64,000 nucleotides of DNA from a virus. Position 1 is the first letter of the stretch, and every line of letters begins with the position of its first letter. Below are positions 20,886 through 30,179 of this stretch, in pieces. Below the pieces are notes generated by a model. It saw only the letters and a program-made list of their open reading frames with translations. It was not told the origin of the DNA and ran no database searches. The translations under genes were made by a program, and so were the position numbers. The stretch lies in the IMG/VR virus record IMGVR_UViG_3300008108_007099, positions 27,492-91,491 of that record. The stretch is one strand, 5' to 3'.

Positions 20886-22236
20886 TTTTCAAACCTAAAG
20901 TTTTTACTACCAATTGCTTTAGTTCTGTCGCGACATCACTCCAAATTTTAGGAGTTTTTTGTCTCAACAAAGTCATGTTTTTACCAAACCAAGGAGTTTT
21001 ATCATTTTTAGTGTTGAAAATGTAATAGTCTGAGCAGGGAGTAAGAACAATACACTTTTTGTTTAATGCTCCTGCTATGGTTGAACTGACTGTCGGACAT
21101 GTGATTGTGAGATCGAATGAATTTATGTAGTCCGCCATATCTGACAAACTATCCAACTCTCCTGACAAATCAACTATTTCTGGATAGTTTGCTAATTCAT
21201 CCATGCATTCATTTTTTTGAATACTATAGAAGGTAACATCTAGGTCTTTCAGAGCCTCGTAAATTTCGGCAAGTTTAAAGTTTCTATAACGCGGATTAGG
21301 ATTGCCGGCCCACCTAAGTCCTATTTTCTTTTTGCCCTTAAGTCTCTTTTTACCAGCTTTTAAATATGGACCTGTCCATAAATCTTTTTCATTTAAAGAT
21401 AAAAGTATTGGCAAATACTGTGAGTATGTCCATTTGTAATCAGCGTATTTTTCTGGATCGAATTTAGTAATTATACTAAATCCATTTTTTTCATAGAATT
21501 CTGGGAGACCTTTTCTGCCCTCTTTTTCGGCATTTTCGTAAAAGACATTGTATAGCTTTGGGTTTATCCCCATGTCTTTTAGATTATTTAAAAATCTTAT
21601 GTTGATTATCTCATCGCCTAGTCCAGCCTCAAGATATACAATCAAATTTTTGCAATCAGGAGTGCCTTCCCAGAACTCTAGCGGCAATTCAGTCCTGTTA
21701 TGATATCTTCCATTTCTTTCTAGTCTTTGCACTTCATCTTTAGACATTATTACATGCTTCAACCCGTCTTTGAAATTTCCATTTCTAAGTAAATGGTGCG
21801 AAATACATGCATCATATTTTATTTGTTCAAAATTATTCAAATCTTTTCTGTCTATACTTTTGAGAACTTGGTAAGATTCTTCTTTTTGATTATTGTCATA
21901 TAAGCAATTGGCTTTTTCAAACAATATTGCATTTACCGCTGATGAGTCGTTGACACTTGAAAGTATTTCCAACGCTTTTTCAAAATCATTTTCAATTTTG
22001 TAAGCTTGGTACAAAATAAAATTAATTGAAGACTTTTGTTCTTCCGGCAATTCTTCTAAAGCTTTATTTCCATGAAAAATACAAGCTTGCATGTCATTTT
22101 GATTAAAAAACAGTTCAGTCAATAATGCATGCTCTAAAGGCTTGAACGCGCTTTTAGATAAAACTTTCAAAATATCGTTTAGCAATTCTTCTTCGCCGAA
22201 AATTTTAAGAGTGCGAAGAACAGCATATACATCCAT
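20878..22236 (-). CDS. TPR-repeat GT-B glycosyltransferase (GT9-like)
   Basis: Helical N-terminus; EAGLGDEII..RF, KIGLRWAGNP, FYSIQK, DLTIT. Confidence 0.75.
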   Translation of the reverse strand: MDVYAVLRTLKIFGEEELLNDILKVLSKSAFKPLEHALLTELFFNQNDMQACIFHGNKALEELPEEQKSSINFILYQAYKIENDFEKALEILSSVNDSSAVNAILFEKANCLYDNNQKEESYQVLKSIDRKDLNNFEQIKYDACISHHLLRNGNFKDGLKHVIMSKDEVQRLERNGRYHNRTELPLEFWEGTPDCKNLIVYLEAGLGDEIINIRFLNNLKDMGINPKLYNVFYENAEKEGRKGLPEFYEKNGFSIITKFDPEKYADYKWTYSQYLPILLSLNEKDLWTGPYLKAGKKRLKGKKKIGLRWAGNPNPRYRNFKLAEIYEALKDLDVTFYSIQKNECMDELANYPEIVDLSGELDSLSDMADYINSFDLTITCPTVSSTIAGALNKKCIVLTPCSDYYIFNTKNDKTPWFGKNMTLLRQKTPKIWSDVATELKQLVVKTLGLKSE

Positions 22237-23735
22237 TACTTAGTAATCCCTTTTTCTTTAAGAACTTCGCCTAGCTGAACCATAGCCTCGTCCCAAACGC
22301 GAGGAGATTTCTGTCGGACCAAAGTGACATTATCTCCATACCAATGTGTTTTATCTCCAACTTGGCACCACAAATAATATGCACTAATTGGCACCATAAC
22401 TATTACTTCTTTGCCTTGGCTGGCAGCCATATGCGCAATGCTAGTGCAACTTGTAATTACCAAATCCAAATTGCTTATCAAAGCGAAAGTATCTTCCAAA
22501 GTTTCAAGTTTGTCTTCCAGATTAACCAGTCCGGGGAAATCCGGCAATTCTTCAATGCCGTCATGCTTTTGTAGACTATAAAAGTCTGCGTCAACGTCCT
22601 TCAAAACTTTATGCAACTGCTTCAACGGATATGAACGATGCAGGTCATGCTCATAGTGCTTGCTACCGCGCCATCGCAGTCCAATTTTGAGCTTCTTGCC
22701 TTTAAGCTTCCATTTCTTCTTGAACTCAGGAGATGCAGACAGGTATGGACCGTACCACAAATCCTTATACTGACAATTTAGATATATTGGCAGCCGCATG
22801 GACAAAGTCCAATATACATCCTTAATACCAGACTTCTTTACTTCACTCAAATCTTCAATTACTGGAATATTGTTCTTTTGCAAAATTTGAGTTAAACCAA
22901 CACGATCGTTCTTGTCCCTGTCAGACTGTGTCGCGGTATACCAATAAGCGTTTATGCCTCTGTCTTTGAGATGCTTCATAAATCTGCTATTTATGATCTC
23001 ATCGCCAATTCCGGCTTCGCCATACACAATCAAATTCTTACAGTCAGGACTGCCTTCCCAAAATGTAAAACCAAGTTTTTTATTTCTTTCTTGCAAAGCT
23101 TCGGCTTGCCAAAGCTTCATCTTCGCGCCTTCTAACATAAAATTACGAAGACCTTCTTGGAACCTGTCTTCGTAAAGATAGTATGTTCCTAAATTGAACT
23201 TAATTTTTATCTTGGTCTCATCATCAAGTTCATCAGCGTGATTAAACAGAGCATCTTCTAGAATATTTTTAGCTTCTGGTTTGCGTTCGAGAAGGTAAAG
23301 GCTGTATGCCTTGTCTAATGCTAAATTAACAGAAGGCGTAAATTTTTCCTGAATCTTGATATAAGCCATTGCCTTTTCAGGATAATTGCATCGGTTGTAA
23401 ATGTTAATTAAATTACTTCGAAGAACATTTGTAAACTCATTGGCTGGAGATATGGCAATCGCCTTTTCTCCAGTTCTCATAGCACCATGCCAATTCTTAA
23501 GTTTAAAATAACACTTGCTTACATTTTCTAATTGAAAAAATGTGCGAGAGTTTTTCTCAAAAGCGCCTACAACTCTATCTGCCAACTCTGGTTCGCCTAG
23601 TTTTTCCAAAGTTACAATAAATGGCTCCAAATCATTTATTCCCATATTATCCTGCTGCATAGCAGGATTCATTTGCTGCTGTTGAGGCAAATTTGGGTAT
23701 GGAGGAGGAGTTCTGGGGAATTGACCTTCGTTCAT
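22236..23735 (-). CDS. TPR-repeat GT-B glycosyltransferase (GT9-like)
   Basis: TPR-like helices; EAGIGDEII..RF, KIGLRWRGS, RSYPL, LDLVITSCTSIAHMAA. Confidence 0.8.
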   Translation of the reverse strand: MNEGQFPRTPPPYPNLPQQQQMNPAMQQDNMGINDLEPFIVTLEKLGEPELADRVVGAFEKNSRTFFQLENVSKCYFKLKNWHGAMRTGEKAIAISPANEFTNVLRSNLINIYNRCNYPEKAMAYIKIQEKFTPSVNLALDKAYSLYLLERKPEAKNILEDALFNHADELDDETKIKIKFNLGTYYLYEDRFQEGLRNFMLEGAKMKLWQAEALQERNKKLGFTFWEGSPDCKNLIVYGEAGIGDEIINSRFMKHLKDRGINAYWYTATQSDRDKNDRVGLTQILQKNNIPVIEDLSEVKKSGIKDVYWTLSMRLPIYLNCQYKDLWYGPYLSASPEFKKKWKLKGKKLKIGLRWRGSKHYEHDLHRSYPLKQLHKVLKDVDADFYSLQKHDGIEELPDFPGLVNLEDKLETLEDTFALISNLDLVITSCTSIAHMAASQGKEVIVMVPISAYYLWCQVGDKTHWYGDNVTLVRQKSPRVWDEAMVQLGEVLKEKGITK

Positions 23736-24277
23736 TTGATCACCACCATTTTCACTTCAGTGCTTCTAATTACGTTGTTGAACCTTTTGGAAATTTCTGC
23801 AAGTTCTTGGAATTTAGAATTCCTGACCATATCAAGGTAATCGTCATCCGCTTGAATGTCATGTGACAAAATTTCAAAATCAATATCTACAAGATTGGCT
23901 ATGCCATTACTCTTGCCCATGAAATCTTGATACCATGAGCAATATTTCTTACTAAACTGTCGCAAAATTCCTAGGGTTATAGGCCTTTTGCAATCAATAT
24001 CATCTAAGAAAGATTCGTGTCGCGGATGAACACTTCTAATTTCAATAGTTGCTCCGCTTTCACATACACGATAAATTTCTTTCAGTAGTTTTAAGAAACC
24101 ATCGCCTATGTATTCCAATACGTAGTTGAGAACTACATGGTCAACAGAGTTTTCTTTGTAGGGCAACTTGCCAGATTCTAGGTCTAAAACCTTATCTGGT
24201 TCTACGGAAGAGTCCTTATCAATATTCAAAAAGCCATCAAGCTTTTTAACACCACAGCCAAGATTGAGTTTTTGCAT
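23732..24277 (-). CDS. Class I SAM-dependent methyltransferase
   Basis: KLNLGCG, NID, LPY..NSVD, LKEIYRVC. Confidence 0.8.
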   Translation of the reverse strand: MQKLNLGCGVKKLDGFLNIDKDSSVEPDKVLDLESGKLPYKENSVDHVVLNYVLEYIGDGFLKLLKEIYRVCESGATIEIRSVHPRHESFLDDIDCKRPITLGILRQFSKKYCSWYQDFMGKSNGIANLVDIDFEILSHDIQADDDYLDMVRNSKFQELAEISKRFNNVIRSTEVKMVVIK

Positions 24278-24307
24278 ACATAATTATATCCATACCGGAG
24301 AAATCAA

Positions 24308-24427
24308 ATGCAAAAAAATAGTGAATATTTTGAAGGATATAAAACAGGATACAGAGAAGGAGTGCTGGTTATGTTTTTGCCAGCACTATTCGTATTTGTA
24401 AGTATGTTATTGTTTATATTTGCTTAA
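24308..24427 (+). CDS. Small membrane protein, 39 aa (not in ORF track)
   Basis: GGAG at 24297-24300; MQKNSEYFEGYKTGYREGVLVMFLPALFVFVSMLLFIFA fills the intergenic gap. Confidence 0.55.
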   Translation: MQKNSEYFEGYKTGYREGVLVMFLPALFVFVSMLLFIFA

Positions 24428-25344
24428 AGATGTAACAACCAACCACTAAGAATAAATGCCAGCCAAGTTCCGAGCGTAATTGGGAGTACATCACCATACC
24501 TAGTAATTAGATCCTCTAGCCACTTTTTCTTGTCCTCATTGCCTTCCTGAAGAAGTGTGTCCCCATCAAGTTGTACACCGCCATTAGGACCGGGAGGATT
24601 TTTGATTTTGCTACGAATGCGACCAAGCATAATTTTTGCAAATGCTAAAGCGCCGTCTTGCATAGCCTGTTGTACTCTTGTGTAGTCATTATTTTTCTGG
24701 ATGTACTGAACAATAACGTGGTGAACTTTATGCGGTCTAGGGTATAGTTTAATGTGATCATACCCACCATACCACTCCCAACCACCGATATTACTTGCTA
24801 TGCGGCTATATTGATACTCATATGAACTATATAATGACCACTCTCCTGCTCTGCCCCAGATAGGAGTTGTTGGATCTATCATACCACCTTGTATAGACGC
24901 ATATGCGCCGCCGGGGTAAAAATATTCTATCGGGATAGCTCCGCCTAAGTCGCTACTACTAAATGCAAATGTTGGCGTAGTTTTGTAGTATACATTCCTA
25001 ATCCAGCCAACTTCTGGTGGCATTTTGTAAATAGATTGACCGGGATTTGTTTTAAAAACATAGTAACGGAAGAACTCCATAGGAGCCCATTCTTCATAAA
25101 TTTGGAATGCTAAGTCAACAGCTGCGTCCAGTTGTTGGTCATCTAATTCAATTGAAACAACGGGAGCTCCAAGCATTAGAAGAATGTAATCTTTAAGTTG
25201 TTGTGTAATTTTAGCTCTACCCGGTCTTGGCCCTAGTAAAGCTACATCTAAGGGGTCTGAAACGCCTAAATTGCTTTGATTACCGCAATCCAAGCTATTT
25301 GTGGTGGGCATTTTGATGTAAAGTTCGCTGGAATATCCGTTCAT
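24424..25344 (-). CDS. gp13: Neck protein, T4 gp13-like
   Basis: LKDYILLMLGAPVVSIELDDQQLD and ALAFAKIMLGRIRSK...PGPNGGVQLDG. Confidence 0.85.
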   Translation of the reverse strand: MNGYSSELYIKMPTTNSLDCGNQSNLGVSDPLDVALLGPRPGRAKITQQLKDYILLMLGAPVVSIELDDQQLDAAVDLAFQIYEEWAPMEFFRYYVFKTNPGQSIYKMPPEVGWIRNVYYKTTPTFAFSSSDLGGAIPIEYFYPGGAYASIQGGMIDPTTPIWGRAGEWSLYSSYEYQYSRIASNIGGWEWYGGYDHIKLYPRPHKVHHVIVQYIQKNNDYTRVQQAMQDGALAFAKIMLGRIRSKIKNPPGPNGGVQLDGDTLLQEGNEDKKKWLEDLITRYGDVLPITLGTWLAFILSGWLLHL

Positions 25345-25347
25345 ACT

Positions 25348-25357
25348 AATATATATT
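25348..25357. promoter_or_regulatory. Palindromic AATATATATT, candidate bidirectional late promoter
   Basis: Lies between divergent starts 25344(-) and 25372(+); ATATATA is 5 nt from the gp13 ATG. Confidence 0.5.
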
Positions 25358-25371
25358 GACGAGGTAACAAA

Positions 25372-28300
25372 ATGTCTAGCAAGCAGAAAATGATAGAAAT
25401 TTATGAAAGTTTTGCTACCAAATTGAGCAGCAAGGTAGTGAACGAAGCCGTAGAAAATTCAGCTCCAAAAATACCTCAATTGTTGAATGATATTGATATA
25501 GATTTCGTAAATCAGTTTGACCGCAAATATTGGGCTCAGGCAATTAAAAAGCGCTACGACATGTTTTTCCATTACTTGGTGAACTTAGATAAGTTGAGAA
25601 AAAAGGTTGCAGAACATTATTTTCCTCAAAAGCTAACTGACGCGAAATCAATATTTGATGCGCCGAAATTTGCTAATCTAGTACCATTCGTTAAAAAACG
25701 AGAAATCAAAAACCAAGCAGAGGCTGCTGCCAAGGCGGAAGCTACGAGAATGTTTCCTGCTGGCGCGGAAATAAACCCCACAGTTTTAAAACACCCTATT
25801 TTTAAAGATATTTCTGCTGATGAGCGGAGCGAATTGAGACAAATTATCGATAAGATAAACAAACATTATATTGCAGATACAGATAAAGAATTCAATAATT
25901 TCGTAGTTGGATCAGAAAATAAACCTAGAGACATTCAAGCAAAAGCATTTTTGAAAGATTTGGGTAGGAGTCTTGAGGGTAGCTATGGCAAACCAGATGG
26001 ATATGATTTAAACAATCCGCGACGTATGGCCATGAGCAAGGATGGTGAAAGCAAAGAATCTAGGTTTGTTACTGATGGATTTATATTCCCAACAAAAAAA
26101 GAAATAGAAGATGCAATACGCACAAAATTGAAACACATTAGTAGAGGGATAAGTATTCCAGTCGATGATGCTGACAATAAAAGGTTAGAGGGTCATGCCT
26201 TAAGAAAAGACAGAGTAACTAGCGATGAAGGAACATCGCCGCTGGAAAAACAACTGGTGCAGATGTACAAATTGCAAGCCAGACAAGAATTTGAGGCAAA
26301 AAAACAGGCAGATTCGCGTTTTAGATTTAAAGAGAGCGACATTGATAAGCGTGCTGCTAATTTAGCACGGCAAAAAATGAAGAGCTTTTCCGATGCAAAG
26401 GAGCTTGAAAATTACTTGATGACAGAAAAGGGAATTAGTCAGAAGGATTTGAAGGGATTGCAAAATCCTTTTCCAAACACAAAAATTGAAGAAATTGGCG
26501 ACAAATTTAAAAACTTTATTATTCAGAGGAATAGGGCAGTTGAAATTCCACACAAAGAGATGGACGTGGTTGACATAACAGACGGAGTCAAAAATGTAAG
26601 AAAAGTTCATAATCCAATTTTGAACAAAACCATAATGTTTCGTGATGTGAAACTAGAGCATCCTTTCGAAAGAAAAGAAGATAATTTAACACTTGATACA
26701 ACTAAAACAAATTTGTCAGGCAGAGGTCTAGGAGAAAAAACATTTGACCCAATTTTATTTGACAGATTGTTAGAAAGATGGAAGGCGCTGAAAAATCCTA
26801 AGGTGCCGAAATCTGCGAAAGCGGGTATAGAAAATATACTCCAGTCACACGGATTAACAAAAGAAAGTTCCGTCAATCAGATTATTGACGCAGCAAAAAG
26901 ATTTTATTATCAAGAAGCAGAACCAAGCTCATATGTACAAGGCAGTGATGTTTCGTCTACCTACAGTCATCATCCTTTAAGAATGTCTGCAGAATCGAAG
27001 TTTTTCAATAGGCATCATAATCCTAGTGAATATGATAAAGTTACAGAGATTTTATTTGATAAAGGTTCAAAATATAGACCTTCTGGCAAAACCTATGATA
27101 CGCTGACACTAATTGATAAGGCAATAAAAAGGTTTTTAAGGATTAAGAAAAATGATAAGCTAGGCGAGAAATTGCCAAAGATGATAATGCAAAGATCTTT
27201 TGGTGCTTTGAAAGCTTTGGCACAGGATCGCGTAATAAGTCAGCTTGCCGATCCAAGATTAATCATGGATGCAAATCTTGGCGTAACTGGCGCTCCGCCA
27301 AACTATTTCGGAAATGCAAATCTTATAAGAGAATTAGTCCATAAAGAAATGCTTAGGTATTTCAGGCAAAACCTTTTTACTGGCAGTATTCGTGGTAGGG
27401 GCGATTTTGTTGACATTTTGGATGCAGATGCAGAAGATTTAGCTTGCCGACAAGGTAAACGTTCTTACAGCACTGGAGACTGTTCGCTTAACATGGACAT
27501 TAAGAGTCTTCAGGCAATGCAGAATTCTGGGTACGCAAAATCAACAAGTTCTGTAAAAGAATTAAAAGCTGACGAGATGTCAGATGATATAGTTTCTCAA
27601 AGACGACAAATTCACAAAGCTATGGAAGGCGTTTATGAAATGATGAAAAGTCTTTATGTGGTTTTAAAAACAAAAGCTGCATTAGATAAGCACGGTCCAG
27701 CCATGCTAAAGGCAGAGCGTACTATCAAGCAAATGGAAGAGAAGTTCGCTGCAAATCCAAAGTTTAAAGATGTTAAAGACGTTTCTGCATTCAACGCAGC
27801 AAAAAAAGAAATTCAAAAATATAACAATGAAGCAAGAGACGAAGCAATATATCAAATTACACAATTCTTTGAAAACAATATGTCCAAAGATAGCGAACAG
27901 TTCCTTGAAGCTTTGCATAAAGATTATGTTACAAATTTAAACGACATACGTAAAAATCCAGCATTTTTGGCCAGAGTATCTATACCGCCTGAGTTAAAGG
28001 GCCCTGAAGATGCCGGTGCTATGGCAGTTGCTGATTTGAAAACATTTCAAGATAGGTTTAAGGCGCGTAGAAAGGATTCTGCCGCTGCTGCAACAATTGA
28101 TTCTAGATTTAGACAAGCAATTGAATCTTCGGATATGTCTCAGCTTGTAAAAACATTTTCTACGGCTGCCTTTGAAGAACCATCGCAGGCAGCAATATTG
28201 CACGATAAATTAACAAAAAGACTGCCTGAAACAGAAGCCAATTTTTTCAAAAAAATGACCGATAAAGAACTTCAAGAAATTACCAAAAAGTTAGATGCTA

Positions 28301-28749
28301 CAAATACGTTGCAGAATATTACCCATAATTTTTGGAATAGATTCCACTTTACAACTCCAGAGTTTGTGGAAGCTGATCCTAATACTTTGGTAGATTATTT
28401 TTCCAAAAATTTGAAATGGCTAAATGATAAGAATCTAATATTAATAGTTCAAAATATGCTAGATGAATTTGACAGAACTCATGAGCACCCAGAAGAAAAA
28501 AGCAGATTCGATTCTGAGCAATTTAATCATCCCGGTTACATCAAGTGGAAAGAACATGTTAAAAAAGCAAGAAGGCAAAAACGAGATGCGTTAAATATGG
28601 GAATACAAGAGCTCGAGAAACGCCGAAAATACAATCAATTTGTGGCAAGAATTACGCATCCAGAGAGACTTGAAAAGATGCTAAGTTTTGCTAGAGAAGC
28701 AGAACAACCAGAGCGCAAGAAAGCTGGAAGACCAAAGAAAAACGTATAA
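25372..28749 (+). CDS. Large hypothetical protein (possible internal virion protein)
   Basis: 1125-aa charged helical ORF; SD GAGG; N-terminal ...KVVNE. Confidence 0.7.
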   Translation: MSSKQKMIEIYESFATKLSSKVVNEAVENSAPKIPQLLNDIDIDFVNQFDRKYWAQAIKKRYDMFFHYLVNLDKLRKKVAEHYFPQKLTDAKSIFDAPKFANLVPFVKKREIKNQAEAAAKAEATRMFPAGAEINPTVLKHPIFKDISADERSELRQIIDKINKHYIADTDKEFNNFVVGSENKPRDIQAKAFLKDLGRSLEGSYGKPDGYDLNNPRRMAMSKDGESKESRFVTDGFIFPTKKEIEDAIRTKLKHISRGISIPVDDADNKRLEGHALRKDRVTSDEGTSPLEKQLVQMYKLQARQEFEAKKQADSRFRFKESDIDKRAANLARQKMKSFSDAKELENYLMTEKGISQKDLKGLQNPFPNTKIEEIGDKFKNFIIQRNRAVEIPHKEMDVVDITDGVKNVRKVHNPILNKTIMFRDVKLEHPFERKEDNLTLDTTKTNLSGRGLGEKTFDPILFDRLLERWKALKNPKVPKSAKAGIENILQSHGLTKESSVNQIIDAAKRFYYQEAEPSSYVQGSDVSSTYSHHPLRMSAESKFFNRHHNPSEYDKVTEILFDKGSKYRPSGKTYDTLTLIDKAIKRFLRIKKNDKLGEKLPKMIMQRSFGALKALAQDRVISQLADPRLIMDANLGVTGAPPNYFGNANLIRELVHKEMLRYFRQNLFTGSIRGRGDFVDILDADAEDLACRQGKRSYSTGDCSLNMDIKSLQAMQNSGYAKSTSSVKELKADEMSDDIVSQRRQIHKAMEGVYEMMKSLYVVLKTKAALDKHGPAMLKAERTIKQMEEKFAANPKFKDVKDVSAFNAAKKEIQKYNNEARDEAIYQITQFFENNMSKDSEQFLEALHKDYVTNLNDIRKNPAFLARVSIPPELKGPEDAGAMAVADLKTFQDRFKARRKDSAAAATIDSRFRQAIESSDMSQLVKTFSTAAFEEPSQAAILHDKLTKRLPETEANFFKKMTDKELQEITKKLDATNTLQNITHNFWNRFHFTTPEFVEADPNTLVDYFSKNLKWLNDKNLILIVQNMLDEFDRTHEHPEEKSRFDSEQFNHPGYIKWKEHVKKARRQKRDALNMGIQELEKRRKYNQFVARITHPERLEKMLSFAREAEQPERKKAGRPKKNV

Positions 28750-28755
28750 TGATTT

Positions 28756-29022
28756 ATGCAAAATGTTCTTCAGGACCCCGGATATGCAAATTTTTTAAAA
28801 ACTCACGGTTTAATTGCGCACATTTCTAAGCTTGATATACCGGATGTAAATGAATTTTTGCCAGTAATTTACAAAGTATGTTCTACCATATCTTCCACTG
28901 ATGAATTAGAAAACTTTGCTAAATTCCTCAATAAGATTTACGAAAGCGGATATTACAAATCAGCTGAAGACCATAAAAAGGCGCTGGCAGCTATGGGTCT
29001 TAATACCAGTCTTATAGTTTAA
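28756..29022 (+). CDS. Hypothetical protein
   Basis: 88-aa ORF; TATAAT 5 nt before ATG. Confidence 0.6.
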   Translation: MQNVLQDPGYANFLKTHGLIAHISKLDIPDVNEFLPVIYKVCSTISSTDELENFAKFLNKIYESGYYKSAEDHKKALAAMGLNTSLIV

Positions 29023-29692
29023 AACTTGGCTGTATGTCAGTTGGGCCGCATACTATAAAGCATCCTTCAGGAGCGCTCCTTACACTATTAATTTTCCACC
29101 ATCTTCTGGTATCGTTTTTAGGATAAAGAATTGAATTCTTAGTCAAAAAATCTAGGTGCGACCAGAAAATTAACTCCATGTCATCTTCTTTTATGATAAA
29201 ATTTTCAAAAACAAAGTTTCTTGTGTATTTAATTTTTACAGTTTTGTCGGAATAAAGAGGATCGACAACTTCTTTTGTTTCAGCCAACATGCAATACATG
29301 ATATCTTTTTTATAATTTCTTAATTTCTCGTTTACTGTCTGTGGTCTTAAAACTTCTTCGTCGGTTTCAGGTTGAGGAGACTGTGTTGGTTCTGGTTTTG
29401 TAAAATCTGGTATTTCAAATTCCTGAATTTTTACTTCCTCTTTTATTTTAGCCTCCTTAGGAGGAGGGGGAGGAGTAGGCATTTCAGGCTTTTGTTGTTC
29501 TGCCGTTACAGTAGTTGTTGTTCCAAAATCTAGTTTTTTATTGGGTTTTTGCGGATTTTGTTTATTATTCACGATGTCAGGAGAGAAGTCCATGTTGTGG
29601 ACTTCGAAATTATCCCAAACTTCTTGAGACATCATTATTGGGTTGGGTCCGCGAACCTTATATACAGATCCATCTTTATTTTTAATTACCAT
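29012..29692 (-). CDS. Hypothetical protein with Pro-rich linker
   Basis: Start moved to MVIKNKDG (29692), 6 nt after ATATATA. Confidence 0.65.
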   Translation of the reverse strand: MVIKNKDGSVYKVRGPNPIMMSQEVWDNFEVHNMDFSPDIVNNKQNPQKPNKKLDFGTTTTVTAEQQKPEMPTPPPPPKEAKIKEEVKIQEFEIPDFTKPEPTQSPQPETDEEVLRPQTVNEKLRNYKKDIMYCMLAETKEVVDPLYSDKTVKIKYTRNFVFENFIIKEDDMELIFWSHLDFLTKNSILYPKNDTRRWWKINSVRSAPEGCFIVCGPTDIQPSFKL

Positions 29693-29729
29693 GTTAATTA
29701 TATATATAGTAAAGAGATCTGGAGGCATA

Positions 29730-30179
29730 ATGGCTTTAGTTGTTCCAAATATTGGGGAAACCGCGCTACTTAAGAAAATGTTTAATCAAGAGCAGACAAC
29801 AACTCTGCTTCTTAAGCTGTATTACAATGACGCTACACCAAACGCTTTTTCCACCTTATCTTCATTTAGTGAATGTGGGTTTTCTGGGGATCCTCCAACA
29901 CCAAATGGGTCTTTTCCCGGTTATACAAACGCAACCATAACCAACAGCAATTGGGTAGTTGCTACTCCAGTTGGTGCTACCTATGCCGAAGCCGGATATG
30001 GAGAACAAACTTTCACTTTTAACGCATATACTTCCGCTCAAACAGTTTTTGGATACTATGTGACAGACACTCTCAACAATCTGTTGTGGGCAGAAAGATT
30101 TACAAACGCACCATTTACTTTGCCGCCCGCTGGCGGAACTATAGCAGTCACCCTAACTATTAATTTGGAAAATGTATAA
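29730..30179 (+). CDS. Probable virion structural protein (tail/baseplate-associated)
   Basis: SD GGAGG before ATG 29730; LKLYYND...VFGYYVT...LLWAERF beta-rich pattern. Confidence 0.6.
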   Translation: MALVVPNIGETALLKKMFNQEQTTTLLLKLYYNDATPNAFSTLSSFSECGFSGDPPTPNGSFPGYTNATITNSNWVVATPVGATYAEAGYGEQTFTFNAYTSAQTVFGYYVTDTLNNLLWAERFTNAPFTLPPAGGTIAVTLTINLENV

